Below are positions 40,415-55,227 of a stretch of DNA of 64,000 nt, piece by piece. Source of the stretch: Octopus vulgaris (lineage: Eukaryota). The position numbers and the translations under genes were made by a program. The notes beneath the pieces were generated by a model. That model did not search any database. It was not told the DNA's origin and saw nothing but the letters and a program-made list of their open reading frames with translations. The stretch spans positions 69,440,001 to 69,504,000 of the forward strand of contig OX597825.1 of the NCBI GenBank assembly GCA_951406725.2, in the 5' to 3' direction. Position 1 is the stretch's first letter. Every line of letters begins with the position of its first letter.

Positions 40415-40930
40415 TGGTATCAACAAGGAGTATGGTTGGACAGTTAATTTTCAATCGCTACAGTTATTTCGACGCAACGTAGTTCCCCTGGAATAGAGAT
40501 ATTTGATTACACAACTGCTTGTTTGCATAACGAGATCTAGTTGTGTTTTCTCAGGCAATATGCGAGTGTTGTCTCCGTCGACTTTAAGGCCATCCCCTCC
40601 GTCGGTCGTGGTTAAATTTAGTAGTAACTGATAGACTCATAGTGTGTGCTACCAGAGTGCGTTTGGAAGACTGCTAAAGGCACTCTGGAAGGACACACTG
40701 AGTCTCTCAACTACTACTAAATTCAAACCACGACGGTCAGAGCCTTGAAGTCAACGATTTTAAACTAATGGAGACAACACTCGCATATCGCCCGAGGAAA
40801 CATAACTAGATCTCATTGTGCAAACAAACAGTTGCATAATCAAATACCTCTATTCCTGGAGAACTACGGTGCGTCGAAACAATTATAGCGATTAAAAATA
40901 GCTATCCAACCGTACTTCTTATTGACTGCA
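40415..40930. mobile_element. ~500-bp imperfect palindrome with a hammerhead-like motif in each arm (inverted Penelope-like terminal repeats)
   Basis: Arms of ~245 bp centred near 40668. Hammerhead motifs at 40454-40559 (-) and 40787-40892 (+). Confidence 0.8.
40787..40892 (+). ncRNA. Type-I hammerhead-like motif with long stem II (mirror copy at 40454-40559, minus strand)
   Basis: atcgc-CCGAGGA-aacataactagatctc...gagaactacggtgcgtc-GAAA-CAATTA-TA-gcgat. The left arm reads attgc-CTGAGAA...GAAA-TAACTG-TA-gcgat. The two-arm consensus restores CTGAGGA and a near-palindromic stem III. Confidence 0.62.
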
Positions 40931-41393
40931 ATGTCTATACATACATGCATACATATATAGTTATATATATGTATTATTATTATTGTTGTTGTTGTTGTTG
41001 TTGTTGTTGTTATTATTATTATGATTTTGTTTTTTGTTTTGTATTGACTCCATTTCTCACCTAGAGGCCTCAAGAGACAAAGCAAGTTAGAAGTTCAAGT
41101 TAGTGTTATGACGAGGGTGTGATATATTTATTTTTTTTTTTGGTTTTTGCACAGAGTATTGTTCTAGAGAGTGTCTGTCAAAACATAAGTTAATTAGAAG
41201 TTTGTTTTAAAAGTAATTATAAGATTATAAGATTATAGTCTGATGTTAAGACGACAACAAAAGTTGTTTGGTGTTATGTACATTCAGAAGAATTTTGACA
41301 CTGTATTTTGCTGTTATTCCTAGGGCAATAGGTGCTTAATGCTACCTAGCTCAGATACCAGGAAATCCCAAAATGGAGGAAATTATTATCATT

Positions 41394-41430
<37 letters not shown>

Positions 41431-41632
41431 CCATTATTATTATTATTATTAACATTATTATTATTATTATTCTGTTGTGTCTGGGGAAAGTCATTCTCTT
41501 TTAGTGCCTTATTATTTAACACACTCACCGGTAAAATGTCTACTTATTTCTTATTTTTGTTTTTCTAAAATTTTCGTTGCGTCTTGCAACCTTTTCAATA
41601 GTCTTGACTCTCAAACCAAATCCCAAAACGAA

Positions 41633-41685
<53 letters not shown>

Positions 41686-41703
41686 TATTATTATTATTAT
41701 TAC

Positions 41704-41734
<31 letters not shown>

Positions 41735-42288
41735 GAGTGAGAGAGCAGTGCATGCCATCAAAGTGACACTGGGGTAAAATATACGAAGCCCAATATACCC
41801 ATCATGACTACCCGTCTGATAAAGGTACACCAGGCACATGCATCACAACCATATGTGCGCGACATAGTGATCTCATATCAAGATAAACAGCACATAACCT
41901 TGCAGGTGGGGCCCAGTTAGAATTTTCTTCAGGTTGAGTAGCCCATCCCGTTCAAAAGGTCCCTGAATAAGGGTTGTTTAAGGATGTTGAACGAACCACC
42001 CATGTTTCCAGAGGTGAATTATTCAAACCCCAAAGAATCCCTCTCAACACATGGCTATGATGCTCCCCCACTACTTCTGCTCGTGATCAGAGATGCACAT
42101 ATCGTCAGCCACTAAGGGACATGCTCAACTGGTTAAGGTCAAACAACTGACAAGCAAATCTGTGGTACTGAGCAGAATATTTGCTGTAGCCCATCTTTTA
42201 TACCAAGACAAAATAATGTACATGATAACACTTCCAATCAGTTAAGATCAGAAGCCATGAGAGTCACTGCCTGGTACTGCATCAGGGT
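41735..42288. mobile_element. ~550-bp non-coding element inserted in a (TAA)n/(TTA)n microsatellite
   Basis: A GC-richer complex block with sharp boundaries into (TTA)n on both sides. No ORF and no TIR seen. Confidence 0.65.
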
Positions 42289-42289
42289 A

Positions 42290-42366
<77 letters not shown>

Positions 42367-42418
42367 ATTACTATTATTATTATTATTATTATTGTCATTA
42401 TTATTATTGTCATTATTG

Positions 42419-42513
<95 letters not shown>

Positions 42514-42525
42514 GTTATTGTTGTA

Positions 42526-42590
<65 letters not shown>

Positions 42591-43246
42591 TGCTGTGTTG
42601 TTGTTATCATCATCACCATCGTCATCATCATCATCAACATAGCCTTCTCTTTCTCATCATCAACGTCATTAACAGCATCTATATTTACCCACGTCGATCT
42701 GTTTCTTTCGGTTGAATGTATAATATAAAAGGCTGTCTAATTAATTTTGATCAATTTATAGTTGTCTGTGCAAGAGAAATATCGGATAAATCATTTAATT
42801 CTGCGGTGGTACTCTTCTGTTATTTTTATAGCAATAAAATTCTGTTAATTCCTTCTTTTACCTTTTGCCTGAAGCAAGTTACACATTTTGCGGCCCTTTG
42901 TGTCGATATTCTATTGTTACGAGTTTTTCCCGGAAATATTGACTTTCAATATTTTGTACAATCTTGTTATAGTATATGTACGTTTACATTTACGTAGATA
43001 TTGGTACAAGCTATATTTCCCAAACAAAATTATAACTACCATATACAATTTTATGATATGGCAAACCTATATTTTCAAGTATTGTTACGCTTCTACAATC
43101 ACTATATAATTAATATAAATCTAGGCTATTTATGTAAACTGAACTAAGAAAATCAAGATATATATATATGTATACATAAGTATATTTATGTATGTATATG
43201 TATGTATATATATGTATATATATGTATATATATATATGTATACATA

Positions 43247-43309
<63 letters not shown>

Positions 43310-43479
43310 GCATATATGTATATATATATATATACATAAGTATATATATGTATATATGTATATGTATATATATGTATATATATATATATATATATACATA
43401 TATACATATATGTATATATGTATATATATATATATATATATACATAGTATATATATGTATGTATATATATATATGTATA

Positions 43480-43542
<63 letters not shown>

Positions 43543-44282
43543 GTAAGTATATATATGAATGCATAAGTATATATATGTATAAAATCGATACGTGAAAATG
43601 ATTGGTAAGTCTGATATGAAATATATTTTATTCATTGGGTTGCAACGGTTAGTAACAATAGGGATATGCAATTCTGTGACTTTTGCATTCATAAGTTTAG
43701 TCTAAGCTATAATAGTCAGTCTGAAAGAAAACAAAAATATGTACGATATTAGTTGAGTATCTCTCAATATTGAAAAAAAAAACTTTGTATAATGTTCTTT
43801 GTTGTGAAAATGAGTTGAATAACAGAGGCATATACCGCAAAGTATGGAAGGCTGAGTTGATCATATAATTATCATCGTGACAAACAAACCGAAAACCTCG
43901 TATTGGAATTTAGAATTAGTATAAAGTAAGGATTTTAATTAACAGCTAATAAATAATTTTTCGTGGGTATTTTTTTTATTTATATTTCATTTTCTATAGA
44001 ATTTGGACTGTCAATAGACGGTAGGATCGAATATGGTGATGTTATATTTATTTCTAGCAATTTTAGTTATTTTCCTAATAGTAGAATAACGTCTACATAT
44101 CGCTGTATGTTATTTATGAACCAAAACATAGGTTTTATCATGTTTATCGCTTATTTTTTTTTTACGAATTTCCCTTATTGGACACTGGCATTGCTGGGGC
44201 AACGCCTTGAAGAATTTTGGTCGAACAAATCGACACCAGTGCTTATTCTCTTAATTTCCGTTCTTCTGCTACTAATCTATTG

Positions 44283-44382
44283 NNNNNNNNNNNNNNNNNN
44301 NNNNNNNNNNNNNNNNNNNNNNNNNNNNNNNNNNNNNNNNNNNNNNNNNNNNNNNNNNNNNNNNNNNNNNNNNNNNNNNNNN
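44283..44382. other. Assembly gap (100 N)
   Basis: Exactly 100 Ns, the usual placeholder for a gap of unknown size. Confidence 0.99.
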
Positions 44383-45175
44383 TACCAATCCTTGAAATGG
44401 ATGGCACTGCATCATACCGAATCTTCCGTCTTTGCTGGGAGTGGGGGATATAGCAATACATTCCCCGCCTAGGAACATATCTTTTTCAACACTCAGCTTG
44501 AGCAATGCGTAACCGGTCCAATTATGCTGAGAGAACAAAACCTTATTTTGTACAAAATTGCATAATATCTTTATTGTCAATCTCTAGGCATTGACACTAC
44601 TGTCGCAATCGAGTGCGGCCTGCGACAAACTAATAGTACTTCTAAAGCAACTTCACGTGGTTATATGAACATTATATTGCTCACCCGATGTCTTCAATTT
44701 CGATGGCAAGCAAGTTTCAGGAATGTCTTACAAAGATAAAAGATGTACTCACAATGCGTTAATGACCAATGCCTTAATGAACTTTAGATGGGTGACTTCA
44801 ACGCCCACAAAATTAGATGGCCTGAATATGTCATAACCGCAGGGCTAACACGAAAAGAATGTAATCAGGGAGAATCTTTTGCAGATTTCACGAAAATGGT
44901 GTTCATGGAATAGACCATACTTTCCTCAACCAGAAATAACAACATTCCGGATCTTTGTTTCACTAACAATATAGACCTTATCCACAACATAAATATTACC
45001 ACTGTCAACTTTCTCAGACCATAACATGATAGAACTGCCAATATATGATCCAAAGCTAATTAAAGAATCATACCACACATCTGGATCGCAAGTGCTAGCC
45101 AACCTGAACTTCTACAAGGCTGACTGGAAGTTTATCAACAAAGGGATATTCCAGCAAAACTTGCTTAAGACACTG
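44383..45175 (+). mobile_element. Decayed CR1-like LINE APE endonuclease region
   Basis: MGDFNAHKIRWPE (44788-), STRNNNIPDLCFTNN, SDHNMIEL (45014-) and LNFYKADWKFIN. These are APE motifs GDFN, TR...LDL and SDH plus a CR1-type linker, broken by frameshifts. Confidence 0.82.
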
Positions 45176-45461
45176 ACATGAAATTCAGGTTTCTGTATGA
45201 TATCTGTCATCAGTGTGGACGTAAGGCTAGAGATGGAGAGACCTCCCTTGTAAATGCTATGGGAGAGGTGACTTCCTTTGCAAATGCTATGTACGGACAT
45301 AGACTGTGTGTCGATAGCCAGCTGGAAAAGATATTTTCCTTTGGCTAAAACAACAGTAACATCGTCCTTTATAGGACTGCAACGTTATGTTGGCATATAA
45401 ACATTATTATTCGGTACGATTATTGTATTTCTCTCGCTCGGAGATCTAAAACGATTTTATC

Positions 45462-45505
<44 letters not shown>

Positions 45506-45506
45506 T

Positions 45507-45623
<117 letters not shown>

Positions 45624-45662
45624 CATACACACACATATATCCTTAAATTCTTTAAAATGTTT

Positions 45663-45705
<43 letters not shown>

Positions 45706-46353
45706 TCAAACACATAAACACACACACTCATATGCATATGAATATATATATGTGTGTATGTATGTATGTATATAGTTTCTCACTAGGAAATTCTCTCAGG
45801 AGGTATTGATCGTCCCGAGGATATAGCATAAATCCTTGCCCATGATTTCAATCATATCTGCTCTATCAGGATTAACTTGAGGGGAAACAAGAATAGCAAC
45901 TGACAACATGACATTCTAGTCTATACTTGAACACTGCCTCCTAAAGACACATAACATTCACGATACTGTATCTGTATTAGAGAAATATACATAGAGAAAG
46001 AAAGAGGGTAGGAGAGGGGATACCAGTATATGTGTTCAATATGTGTGTTGTGTGTGTGTGTATTGTTTATAAAATGATAATGAAAATCTAATAATAATAT
46101 TTTTAATGATACAGACAGCCATATTGGATAGCTATGTATATCTCGATCCTGGAAGTTATACTAGTCTTGTAAATTACGAAAGTTCGTAATAACTTCCACC
46201 CTTGATTCAGAAAAAAGGTTTATTATATTAGTATACCCAACAAGTTGAAATAACGTGTTGTGTTGATAGATATTAACGCCATAAAATCGATTGTATATAC
46301 GGTATATATATTGGTATACATACATATATACATAGATTCATATATACATACAT

Positions 46354-46740
46354 ACCATTATAGAGGCCAGCTCTCGCGCTGATGTTAATATCTCTTTGAA
46401 AATCAAAGAGAAAGAAGATGATTATGGAAAACAGCTTCTATATCTGGATTACAAATTTACATTTATATCAATAATAATTGGAGCACTTGGTTTTGTAAGT
46501 AAATGCTTAACAAACGGTCTCGATAAACTAAGATTTTCACATAAAGAAATCAACCAACTGATTCGCACATTACAAATACAATCTATAAGTGGAACAGTAA
46601 AGTCGTGCAAGACTTTTCTCAGGTTTAAAATGTAGCATTGAATTCTTTATATACATTCCAATGATGGAGCTTTGTATCTTTGTTAGAAACCAGCTTCCGC
46701 TTCAGCGGAAGAATTCAAATGATCAAAAACTGAATAGGAA
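46354..46740 (+). mobile_element. R4/Dong-like LINE 3' fragment
   Basis: TIIEASSRADVNISLKIKEKEDDYG...IIIGALGFVSKCL...LIRTLQIQSISGTVKSCKTFLRFKM*, homologous to 32548-32850. Confidence 0.8.
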
Positions 46741-46762
46741 CATATATTTCTATTACACATAA

Positions 46763-47278
46763 GTGGAGGCGCTGGCTTAGTTGTTATGGTGCCAGCATCA
46801 TGATCGTAAGATTGTGGTTTCGATTTCTGGACCGGGCGAGTCGTTGTGTTCTTGAGCAAAGCACTTCATTTCACGTTGCTCCAGTCCACTCGGCTGTCAA
46901 AAATGAGTAACGCTGCGATGGACTGGCGTCCCGTCTAGCTGGGGAACACATACGCCATTGAAACCGGGAAACCGGGCCCGTGAGCCAAGCTAGGCTTTAA
47001 AAGGACGCAGTGGAGGCACGTGGCTTAGTGGTTAGGGTGTCAGTATCTTAAATCGTAAGAGTGTGGTTTCGATTCCTAGACCGGGCGACGTGTTGCGTTC
47101 TTGAGCAAAACACTTCATTTCACCTTGCTCCAGTCTAGTCAGCTGGCAAAAATGAGTAACGCTGCGATGGACTAGCGTCCCGTCCAGCTGGGGAACACAT
47201 ACGCCATTGAAACCAAGAAACCGAGAAACCGGGCCCATGAGCCTGGCTAGGCTTTAAAATGGCGCATATATTTATTTT
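46763..47278 (+). mobile_element. Head-to-tail dimer of SINE family D within a single TSD
   Basis: Units start gtggagg at ~46763 and ~47010. TSD tattacacataa at 46751-46762 and 47279-47290. Confidence 0.9.
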
Positions 47279-48605
47279 TATTACACATAAACAGACATCA
47301 CACACACACACTCTCTCTTTTTCTCACTATATATATATATATATATATATATACACGTGTGTGTAGGTAGGTGGGTGTATTTAATATCTATACACATTGT
47401 CTTAAAACATAGTCATTATTTCTTATTCAAATAATTCATTGGTGACTTTGCGGGTATCCGATTTAGTTACAATCGTTCATCCAATTCACACGACATTAAC
47501 ATCCTTATTTAAGGTAGCTGTTTTATTCATAACAATGAACAGTATTTTACTCGTCACTGTATGATTGTTTTGAATACAAGTAGTATAGGTTTATATTTTC
47601 TAGCAAATAATTGTTATAATATCAACATCAGTTTTGTGTAATTGATTCAGCTGAAATCACAGAGAGCAAAAGAAAAGGAAAATAGCTGTTCATATTTGCA
47701 GACGTTTAAATGTTTAGATGAAATTATTTGCAAAAATATATTGAAATATTTGTAAAATTAATGAGTTATATTTATAAAAATACAAAAGTTTAACCTAAGA
47801 ATAGTCTAATGAATCTTTTATAATTTGAATTTTTGAAATATAGAAATTCACATTAGACGCAACCTTACGACCCTTTCTTCTGTTGTAAAGGGAACTCTCC
47901 ACAAGATTACTCGTCGCAAAGGGCAAGTGAACTAATGACATGGATGCAAGTTCAGTGATTACAGAAAAAAAAAAAAGAAATATGATGTATAATAAAATGC
48001 TAAATCACATGATTGTGATTAAATCACCAATTTTACAAAGTAATGGATAATTATAAAGAAGTAAAAATGAATATTTGTTTGATTCAAAATTTAATATGCA
48101 ATGTCAAAATCTCAGATAACAAAGCAGTAGAATTATCACGGGAGAATACTGATAAAGAAAAAATAAGAATCGTATGAAATCTCTGGCGGTTTTGAAACCA
48201 AATTCTTTGCGCGTATCTAAATTGCCTTATGTTGGGAGCGTTAAGTGCAGGCTTTGTTGCTTCTTAATCACATGGTTTCGCATTCAGTCTATTGTGTGGA
48301 AATTTGTGTATGTGCCTTCTATTATAGCCTCGAGCCGACTAAAGCCTTGTGCAGGATTTGGTAGACAGACACTGAAAGAAAACAATTCTATACATACATA
48401 CCAACCCCATACATACGCACGTCCAGACCAATCTTACGCACTAATACTCTCTCATACACACACACACACACACACACACCCTTATACATACTGACTTGTT
48501 TTATTTATATTTCCTGAGCGCCATACTAATACAATTGTTCGTTTGTTTTCCACCTGCCTTCGTCTTTTGTTTATTTTCATAAAGCTTCCCGTTACATACA
48601 TAAAT

Positions 48606-48707
<102 letters not shown>

Positions 48708-48795
48708 ACATGAGAAGAGAAAGAGTGAGAGAGAGAAAACCAACCAGATGAGACGTAGGGAAAGACAGAAATAGACAGATAGATAGATAAGAGGG

Positions 48796-48826
<31 letters not shown>

Positions 48827-49191
48827 GAGGGAGGGAGAGAAAGAGAGAGAGAGAGAGAGAGAGATAGAGTAAACAAACATAGAAAGAAGAAAAGTGGAAG
48901 AGAATAAGTAAATATAAAACAGGAAGCTGATTGAAATGGGAAGATGAGGTTCTTGAGAAAATCATGTTAAAAAGATTGTATTACCCTTATAATTATTAAT
49001 TATTACGATACAAAATTTATATGAAAAGAACGGTTTTAATACAATGAGTATTTTAACATAAAGTATATGCAATGTCAACCATGTTTAAGAAAGTTAATGG
49101 AAATTAAAAACAAATGAAAAAATCGATTCTTCTAATGTGGGGGTTTGGCTGCTAAGCCATGTAGATCCAATCAATAGAAATTATAGAAAAT

Positions 49192-49790
49192 AAGGCGGCG
49201 AGCTAGCAGAAACGTTAGCACGCCGGGCGAAATGCGTAGCCGTATTTCATCTGCCGTTATATTCTGTGTGCAAATTCCGCCGAGGTCGACTTTGCCTTTA
49301 ATCCTTTCGAGGTCGATAAATTAAGTACCAGTTACGCACTGGGGTCGATATAATCAACTTAATACGTTTGTCTGTCCTTCCTTGCCCTCTCTGTGTTTAG
49401 CCCCTTGTGGGTAGTAAAGAAATAGGTATTTCGTCTGCTGTTATGTTCAGAGTTCAAATTCCGCCGAGGTCGACTTTGCCTTTCATCCTTTCGGGGTCGA
49501 TGAATTAAGTACCAGTTACGCACTGGGTCGATATAATCAACTTAATCCGTTTGTCTGTCCTTGTTTTTCCCCTCTATGTTTAGCCCCTTGTGGGTATTAA
49601 AGAAATAGGTATTTCGTCTGCCGCTACGTTCTGAGTTCAAATTCCGCCGAGGTCGACTTTGCCTTTCATCCTTTCGGGGTCGATAAATTAAGTACCAGTT
49701 AAGCACTGGGTCGATGTAATCGACTTAATCCTTTTGTCTGTCCTTCTTTGTCCCCTCTATGTTTAGCCCCCTGTGGGCAATAAAGAAATA
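49192..49790 (+). mobile_element. SINE family A trimer within a 16-bp TSD
   Basis: Units restart at gtatttcgtc (49426, 49609). TSD agaaattatagaaaat at 49176-49191 and 49791-49806. Confidence 0.95.
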
Positions 49791-50895
49791 AGAAATTATA
49801 GAAAATTTCTCGAAAATATATACAAAGAATACATGCAAATCGCATGTAATGTGCGGCAGCATTAAATCTAAATATTTATAAGATATATAACTGATGTATG
49901 ATAGGAGCTTACTCAATTCAGCTAAACCCTCTTGAAAAAGGAAGAAAGCATTAGATAGCAAAATATATCTACGAAACTAAAATAATAATCGAGATTCACA
50001 AATATGTAAAGCTTTCAAATGCAGGCCAGGTTCATCCGTTCTGACCGGGAATTACAAAACAACATTAAATGGCTTCTAATATAGGAAAGATATTTCTATC
50101 ATTTCAAAAAAAAAAAAACGGAAAAAGCAAAAAAATCTCCTGGGATTTTTGGAGATATTTAGCTATTTTTGCTATTGCGATTTCTGTGAGGTTGAATATA
50201 ATATATAAACGATTCTAGCTTCCATAGGAATTAACGAATACGCTGTTTTACCATCTGCCTTTGTCAGTTGCAAGTTGTGCTTCAGTTACTTATAATATAT
50301 TCCAATATTTCAAGAATTTACAGCAGAATATCTCAGTTTCCTAAACGATTTACGAGGAATCGGTCTAACATCTGTACAAGAAGTTAAGGCACCTTTGCAT
50401 ATTATATGAATATTTCTGTATCGAATTTTCCTTTGATATTGTTTAAGAGCTGTCCAACAAAAACATCACTAACACACTCCATACGCATTCACTCACAGAT
50501 ATAGCGAACCTATACACAGACAATAATCTCGTAAAGTTATACCGATGTATTGGAAAGGAAAAAGAAAGAGAGAGAAAGAATACGCTTTTCGTAGATAGAT
50601 ATTTGTGTATACGTGTGGGTTTTATATATGGATATATGTGTGTGAGTGATACTATGATGCACAGACCTTGATATGTATACGGAATTATAGATCAATAAAA
50701 AGATATAGAGATATCGAAAGACAAAGAAGAAAGACACTTGCTTTACATCGGTTTATGGTTCAGGCATTTGACGTACATTCAAGTTGTTATTTATTATATT
50801 TATTACAATTTATACACCTCATATATAACATATTTTTCTTCATGTCATTTACAAAAATATTATGTACTATATTTATTTACATATGCATACACACA

Positions 50896-50983
<88 letters not shown>

Positions 50984-50996
50984 GATCTATCTATCG

Positions 50997-51035
<39 letters not shown>

Positions 51036-51038
51036 AAT

Positions 51039-51124
<86 letters not shown>

Positions 51125-51296
51125 CTGTGTCTGTCTGTGTCTCTATGTGTCTGTGTGTCTTTCTATGTGTCTGTCTGTCTATCTATCGACCCGTCTTCTT
51201 TGTAACTATATTATTGAATCATAAAATGTAATTTTATATGTATATATACATATATATATGCATATATATGTATATATATACATATATAGATGCATA

Positions 51297-51351
<55 letters not shown>

Positions 51352-51812
51352 GCATATGTGTGTGTGTGGTTGGGTGTATGTGTGCGTGTTCTAGTATGAA
51401 TGTTTTATTTTTGTGAGGTGTTTAAAAATGATGTGTATGCGGGTGTATATCGTAAGAATAATTTCTTTTATTTATGAAATATTGAATTCTTATAAAAATT
51501 TCTTTCTTTATTGCGTAACATTGGGAGACAGAAATAGACTTGTCCAGGAAACGACCTGTGACTAATTTATTAATGCTGGAATAACGAACTACAGACAAGA
51601 ACAAGACCTCTAAAATGTCTCACCTCGTCTTTCTTTCGATATATGCACACCAACACACCCACCCACCCGCACACACACGGACACACACACACGAGCTCAT
51701 ATACATAAATCATAAATAATTCTGTCTCGTGTTCATATGAGTGTTTGTACTTGGGAGGGTGGAAATAGCTGTGTATGATTGTTCCTCTCTGTAAGTGTTT
51801 GTATATATATAT

Positions 51813-51900
<88 letters not shown>

Positions 51901-52152
51901 CTGCTTGTGTATGTGTGTTGGGGAGGGGGGTAATATATTGAAAATATTTACATACAAAAGTGCTAAAAGATGATGAAGACATAAATATTTAGTATCACAA
52001 GTGGCTAAAGTATTCATAGTTTCTTAATGTCAGATTTCGCTTTCACTTTTCAATGCACATCTAATTTGCCTTACATACATACATATGAATATATATACAT
52101 ATGTGTGTGTAAACATATATGTATGTTTATGTGTGGGTATGTGTGTGTACAT

Positions 52153-52311
52153 CAGGGTCGGACTGAGAGTATTAAGGACCTTCGATCATAACTGCTTACC
52201 GGCCCCCTTTGAATGTGTGTTTTAATAGGGCTCACATGTAGAGTGAGGGCACTTCAGAGCTCCGGGCCCTTTGGTAGTGCACGATTGACCGACAACACAG
52301 TCCGGGCCCTG
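52153..52311. mobile_element. hAT-type MITE
   Basis: TIRs cagggtcggactg / cagtccgggccctg. 8-bp TSD gtgtacat at 52145-52152 and 52312-52319. Confidence 0.88.
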
Positions 52312-52331
52312 GTGTACATACATAAATTTGC

Positions 52332-52380
<49 letters not shown>

Positions 52381-52971
52381 CGAAGTTGCTGGTTTTGTGC
52401 TAAAATTCGAAATAAATATGTATAATCTTGATCAAGTGGGTGAGCTGGCAGATATCTTAGTACGCCAGACCAATTATTTAGTAGCATTTCGTCCGTCTTG
52501 ACGTTCAAATTCTATCGAGAACGACTTTGCCTGCAGTTAAACCGAAATTTTCGCTGTTTATAAAATAAGTAACAGTTGAGCAGTAGAGTCAATATACTCG
52601 ACGTACATGCCTCATTCAAAAGAGTTGCTAGACTTGTAACAAAATTTCAAATTAATATCTATTGTGATGCAAGCAGCGGACATGTACGATATGTGCTAAG
52701 TACAATATTTATGTGTGGGATTTTCTGCTATTTTTAGTGCAGCCGTTATTTCCCTTTATTTCAAAACCAATCTTGCTTATTCTTCCAACTGAGAATAGCA
52801 CAATATTAGCTTGTTTCTTACTAAAATAGCTATAGTGATGAAGATATACATACATACACACATACGTACAAACACATACGTACAAACACATACTTATACA
52901 TACACATATAATTATATACTTTTACATACATATATACAAATATATATATATACACATATATGTATATATGT

Positions 52972-53013
<42 letters not shown>

Positions 53014-53203
53014 GTTTATATGTATATATATATATGTATATATATACACATACATATATATGTATATTTGTATACATATATATATATAGGTATGTAAATG
53101 TATATAAGTATCTGTGTATGTATCTATATATATATACACATATATACAGTTAAATATATATAAATATACTTATATCTGTGTGTGCATATATGTGCGTTAG
53201 TAA

Positions 53204-53290
<87 letters not shown>

Positions 53291-53873
53291 TACTTATTCG
53301 AATATATATATATATACGTATATATGTGCGGGTGTGTTTGTGTTTATTTATGTGTATGTTACGTAAATATGCATATGTATTTATATTGTAATTTAACAGA
53401 AAAATGATCTGATTTAAAATACTCATTATCTGTGCAAACGCATTCCTCCCAAGAGCTTTTAAAAGCGTTTCTGTGCCATTCATCGCATTCTTCATTTCTA
53501 ATCTTGTCCCAGTGTCTTTCATTCTGATGATGCTACATTTTGAATGTTTCAGACAATATTAAGTGACATACCACAGCGTAAATGCATGATATATATATAT
53601 ATATAGCCATTGCAGTATGTTACATTAATCTATGAAAAACAGAAGTATGGGATAAATTTAAGCTACATTCACAAGATAGAAAGAAATTTCATGTCTTCTT
53701 ATGGATATAGTCAATCGGAGAATTAGCATGAAGTACTACTGTTCAAGAAAATAAAATATACTAAAGCGTCTGGAAAATACGAAAACAACTAATAAAAGCG
53801 ATTAAGACTCTATTGGTATAACGGAATAAGAAAATATAACTAATGTATATTATATATATAATATATATACATA

Positions 53874-53941
<68 letters not shown>

Positions 53942-53959
53942 TATATATCATATATATAT

Positions 53960-53992
<33 letters not shown>

Positions 53993-54155
53993 GTATGTAT
54001 ATATATAATGGAGATGTATGTACGCACATATGTTATATATAGTCAATATACTCGACTTACAAACTCCACCGCGAAAGAGTTGTATATATATATATATATA
54101 TATATATACATGTGTATATGTATGAATACAGGTATGTATTTGTATATATATATAA

Positions 54156-54204
<49 letters not shown>

Positions 54205-54319
54205 CATATGTATATATATATTTGTGTATACATATATGTATATGTACATATATGTATATGTACATATATATATATGTGTGTTTATATATGTGTATATATA
54301 TGTGAGTATGTATACATAC

Positions 54320-54370
<51 letters not shown>

Positions 54371-54466
54371 CATATGTATATATATATATATTTTGTGTAT
54401 ACATATATGTATATGTAATATATATAATATATGTGTGTATATATGTGTATATATATGTGAGTATGT

Positions 54467-54521
<55 letters not shown>

Positions 54522-55193
54522 AATGTGTAAGTATGTATGTATGTTTGTATAAAAATAGGTATTAGAGAATGATACTTTAACTTGCAGGTCAAATAGCCTC
54601 CAAGTTTGTTTCAGTAACAAACACAAAATACAGAATACTTCACAAATGAATCAAAATGAAAGAAAGGGAGAAATTTTATAAGCATATTCGATTAAATAGC
54701 CAAAAACGAGATAAACTCTAAAGAAAATCTTAAGTATTAATGGTGAAAATGTTTTAGGAATTAGTTCACATATACACTAGACTGAAAGCTAATATACTAG
54801 TCTGGAAGCTAATATACTTGGTTGAAAGCTAAGTGAATTAGAGAAACTAGATACCAAAACAAAAAGAGAATTATAAATAATGAAAGTAGTTAATAAAACT
54901 AAAAGCGATGCATAATATACATTTATTAGAGATACATACTGGCGTAGGCACTTTGAGACAAGAAAACATATTAGTGTCTGTTTGTATATACCTAACTAAC
55001 ACGCATTCTAAAACACAAACAGACACATACACACATACACACGCACGCACACATGCGCATATATGGATGCAAGGGCATAGATATATAAATGGACTTATAT
55101 ATATATATATATATATATAAATGTACTTTTATATATTTATATATGTGTGTATATATATATATATAAATGCACTTTTATATATCTATATATGTA

Positions 55194-55227
<34 letters not shown>

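Noticed and set aside
42230-42290. CTGATG on the minus strand, or a possible HDV-like ribozyme, at the end of the TAA-inserted element
   Set aside because: I could not build hammerhead stems or the HDV nested pseudoknot by eye.
45350-45395. gtcct-ttat-aggac hairpin followed by caacgtt, with hammerhead-like spacing
   Set aside because: Both core segments are unrecognisable, so it is too degenerate to call.
49192-49790. Regularly spaced repeats suggestive of a CRISPR array
   Set aside because: Whole 183-bp units repeat with no unique spacers, the context is eukaryotic SINE, and there are no cas genes.
54772-54832. Three ~20-bp tandem units (..ctgaaagctaatatact..)
   Set aside because: An ordinary short minisatellite with no further structure.
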